Source of the DNA: an uncultured Candidatus Saccharibacteria bacterium
GTDB lineage: Bacteria; Patescibacteriota; Doudnabacteria; UBA920
Assembly (NCBI GenBank): GCA_964477745.1
Contig: CAYZEI010000003.1
Location: 6,168-70,167 of the forward strand
Direction of reading: 5' to 3'
Length of the DNA: 64,000 nucleotides
The position numbers and the translations under genes were made by a program. Below are positions 63,989 to 64,000 of this stretch, one piece after another. Positions within the stretch are counted from its first letter, which is position 1. Each line of letters begins with the position of its first letter. The notes beneath the pieces were generated by a model, which was given only the letters and a program-made list of their open reading frames with translations, had not been told where the DNA came from and made no database searches.

Positions 63989-64000
63989 ATTGACTCCTTT

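Overview
This is a low-GC (roughly 38-40% by eye) bacterial window, densely coded and mostly on the minus strand. The small proteins with Lys/Ala-rich extensions, a truncated AlaRS and many secreted repeat proteins suggest a small-genome Patescibacteria/CPR-like organism; that lineage call is inference. Contents, in order: (i) the 3' end of a glycan-assembly operon (two GT4 genes and a polyprenyl-phosphate sugar transferase); (ii) RNase P RNA with a clear TTGACA-N17-TACAAT promoter and an intrinsic terminator; (iii) a SIMPL-domain protein; (iv) a contiguous ribosomal block infA-rpmJ-rpsM-rpsK-rpsD-rpoA-rplQ-rplM-rpsI, where rpmJ is a 37-aa gene I found by hand that the ORF track omits; (v) pgi, alaS, and ctpA; (vi) a second glycan locus with two GT2 genes, an O-antigen-ligase-like gene, a GT4 gene and a Wzx-like flippase; (vii) a secreted lytic-transglycosylase-like protein; (viii) a GC-rich insert carrying a stand-alone PurH N-domain; (ix) a cell-surface locus: a glucosaminidase-like protein, an S8 subtilase, a DPM-like GT2, galE, a 1412-aa sortase-substrate giant protein with near-identical 297-bp tandem repeats, a sortase and a CAP-domain protein; (x) dTDP-sugar genes (rfbA, rfbD, rfbB, a Nudix hydrolase and an FdtA/RmlC-like cupin); (xi) an HtrA-like protein that appears to lack the catalytic His and Ser, lgt and a DEDD-exonuclease-like gene; (xii) a ~660-bp GC-rich, hairpin-dense non-coding region that is a candidate structured RNA; (xiii) aspS, a YbaK-like deacylase, scpA and scpB; (xiv) a ROK kinase, a GH-A glycosidase, a transporter-like membrane protein and a GH1 beta-glucosidase; (xv) tRNA-Glu(CUC); (xvi) cohesin-like and PKD-repeat surface proteins; (xvii) a GC-rich insert with a dockerin-like plus FN3 protein; and (xviii) a GIY-YIG nuclease. 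The most unusual sequence-level signals are: a pervasive family of 7/14-nt tandem and inverted repeats (GATTTAA-like, TGTCAAT/ATTGACA-like, TTACGAA) that form REP-like hairpins between operon genes and also occur in frame inside CDSs; a novel ~55-60-aa repeat module shared by three secreted proteins; GC-rich compositional islands; and a duplicated, synonymously recoded 5' leader upstream of an exonuclease gene. No CRISPR array, transposase, integrase, reverse transcriptase or rRNA gene is visible.
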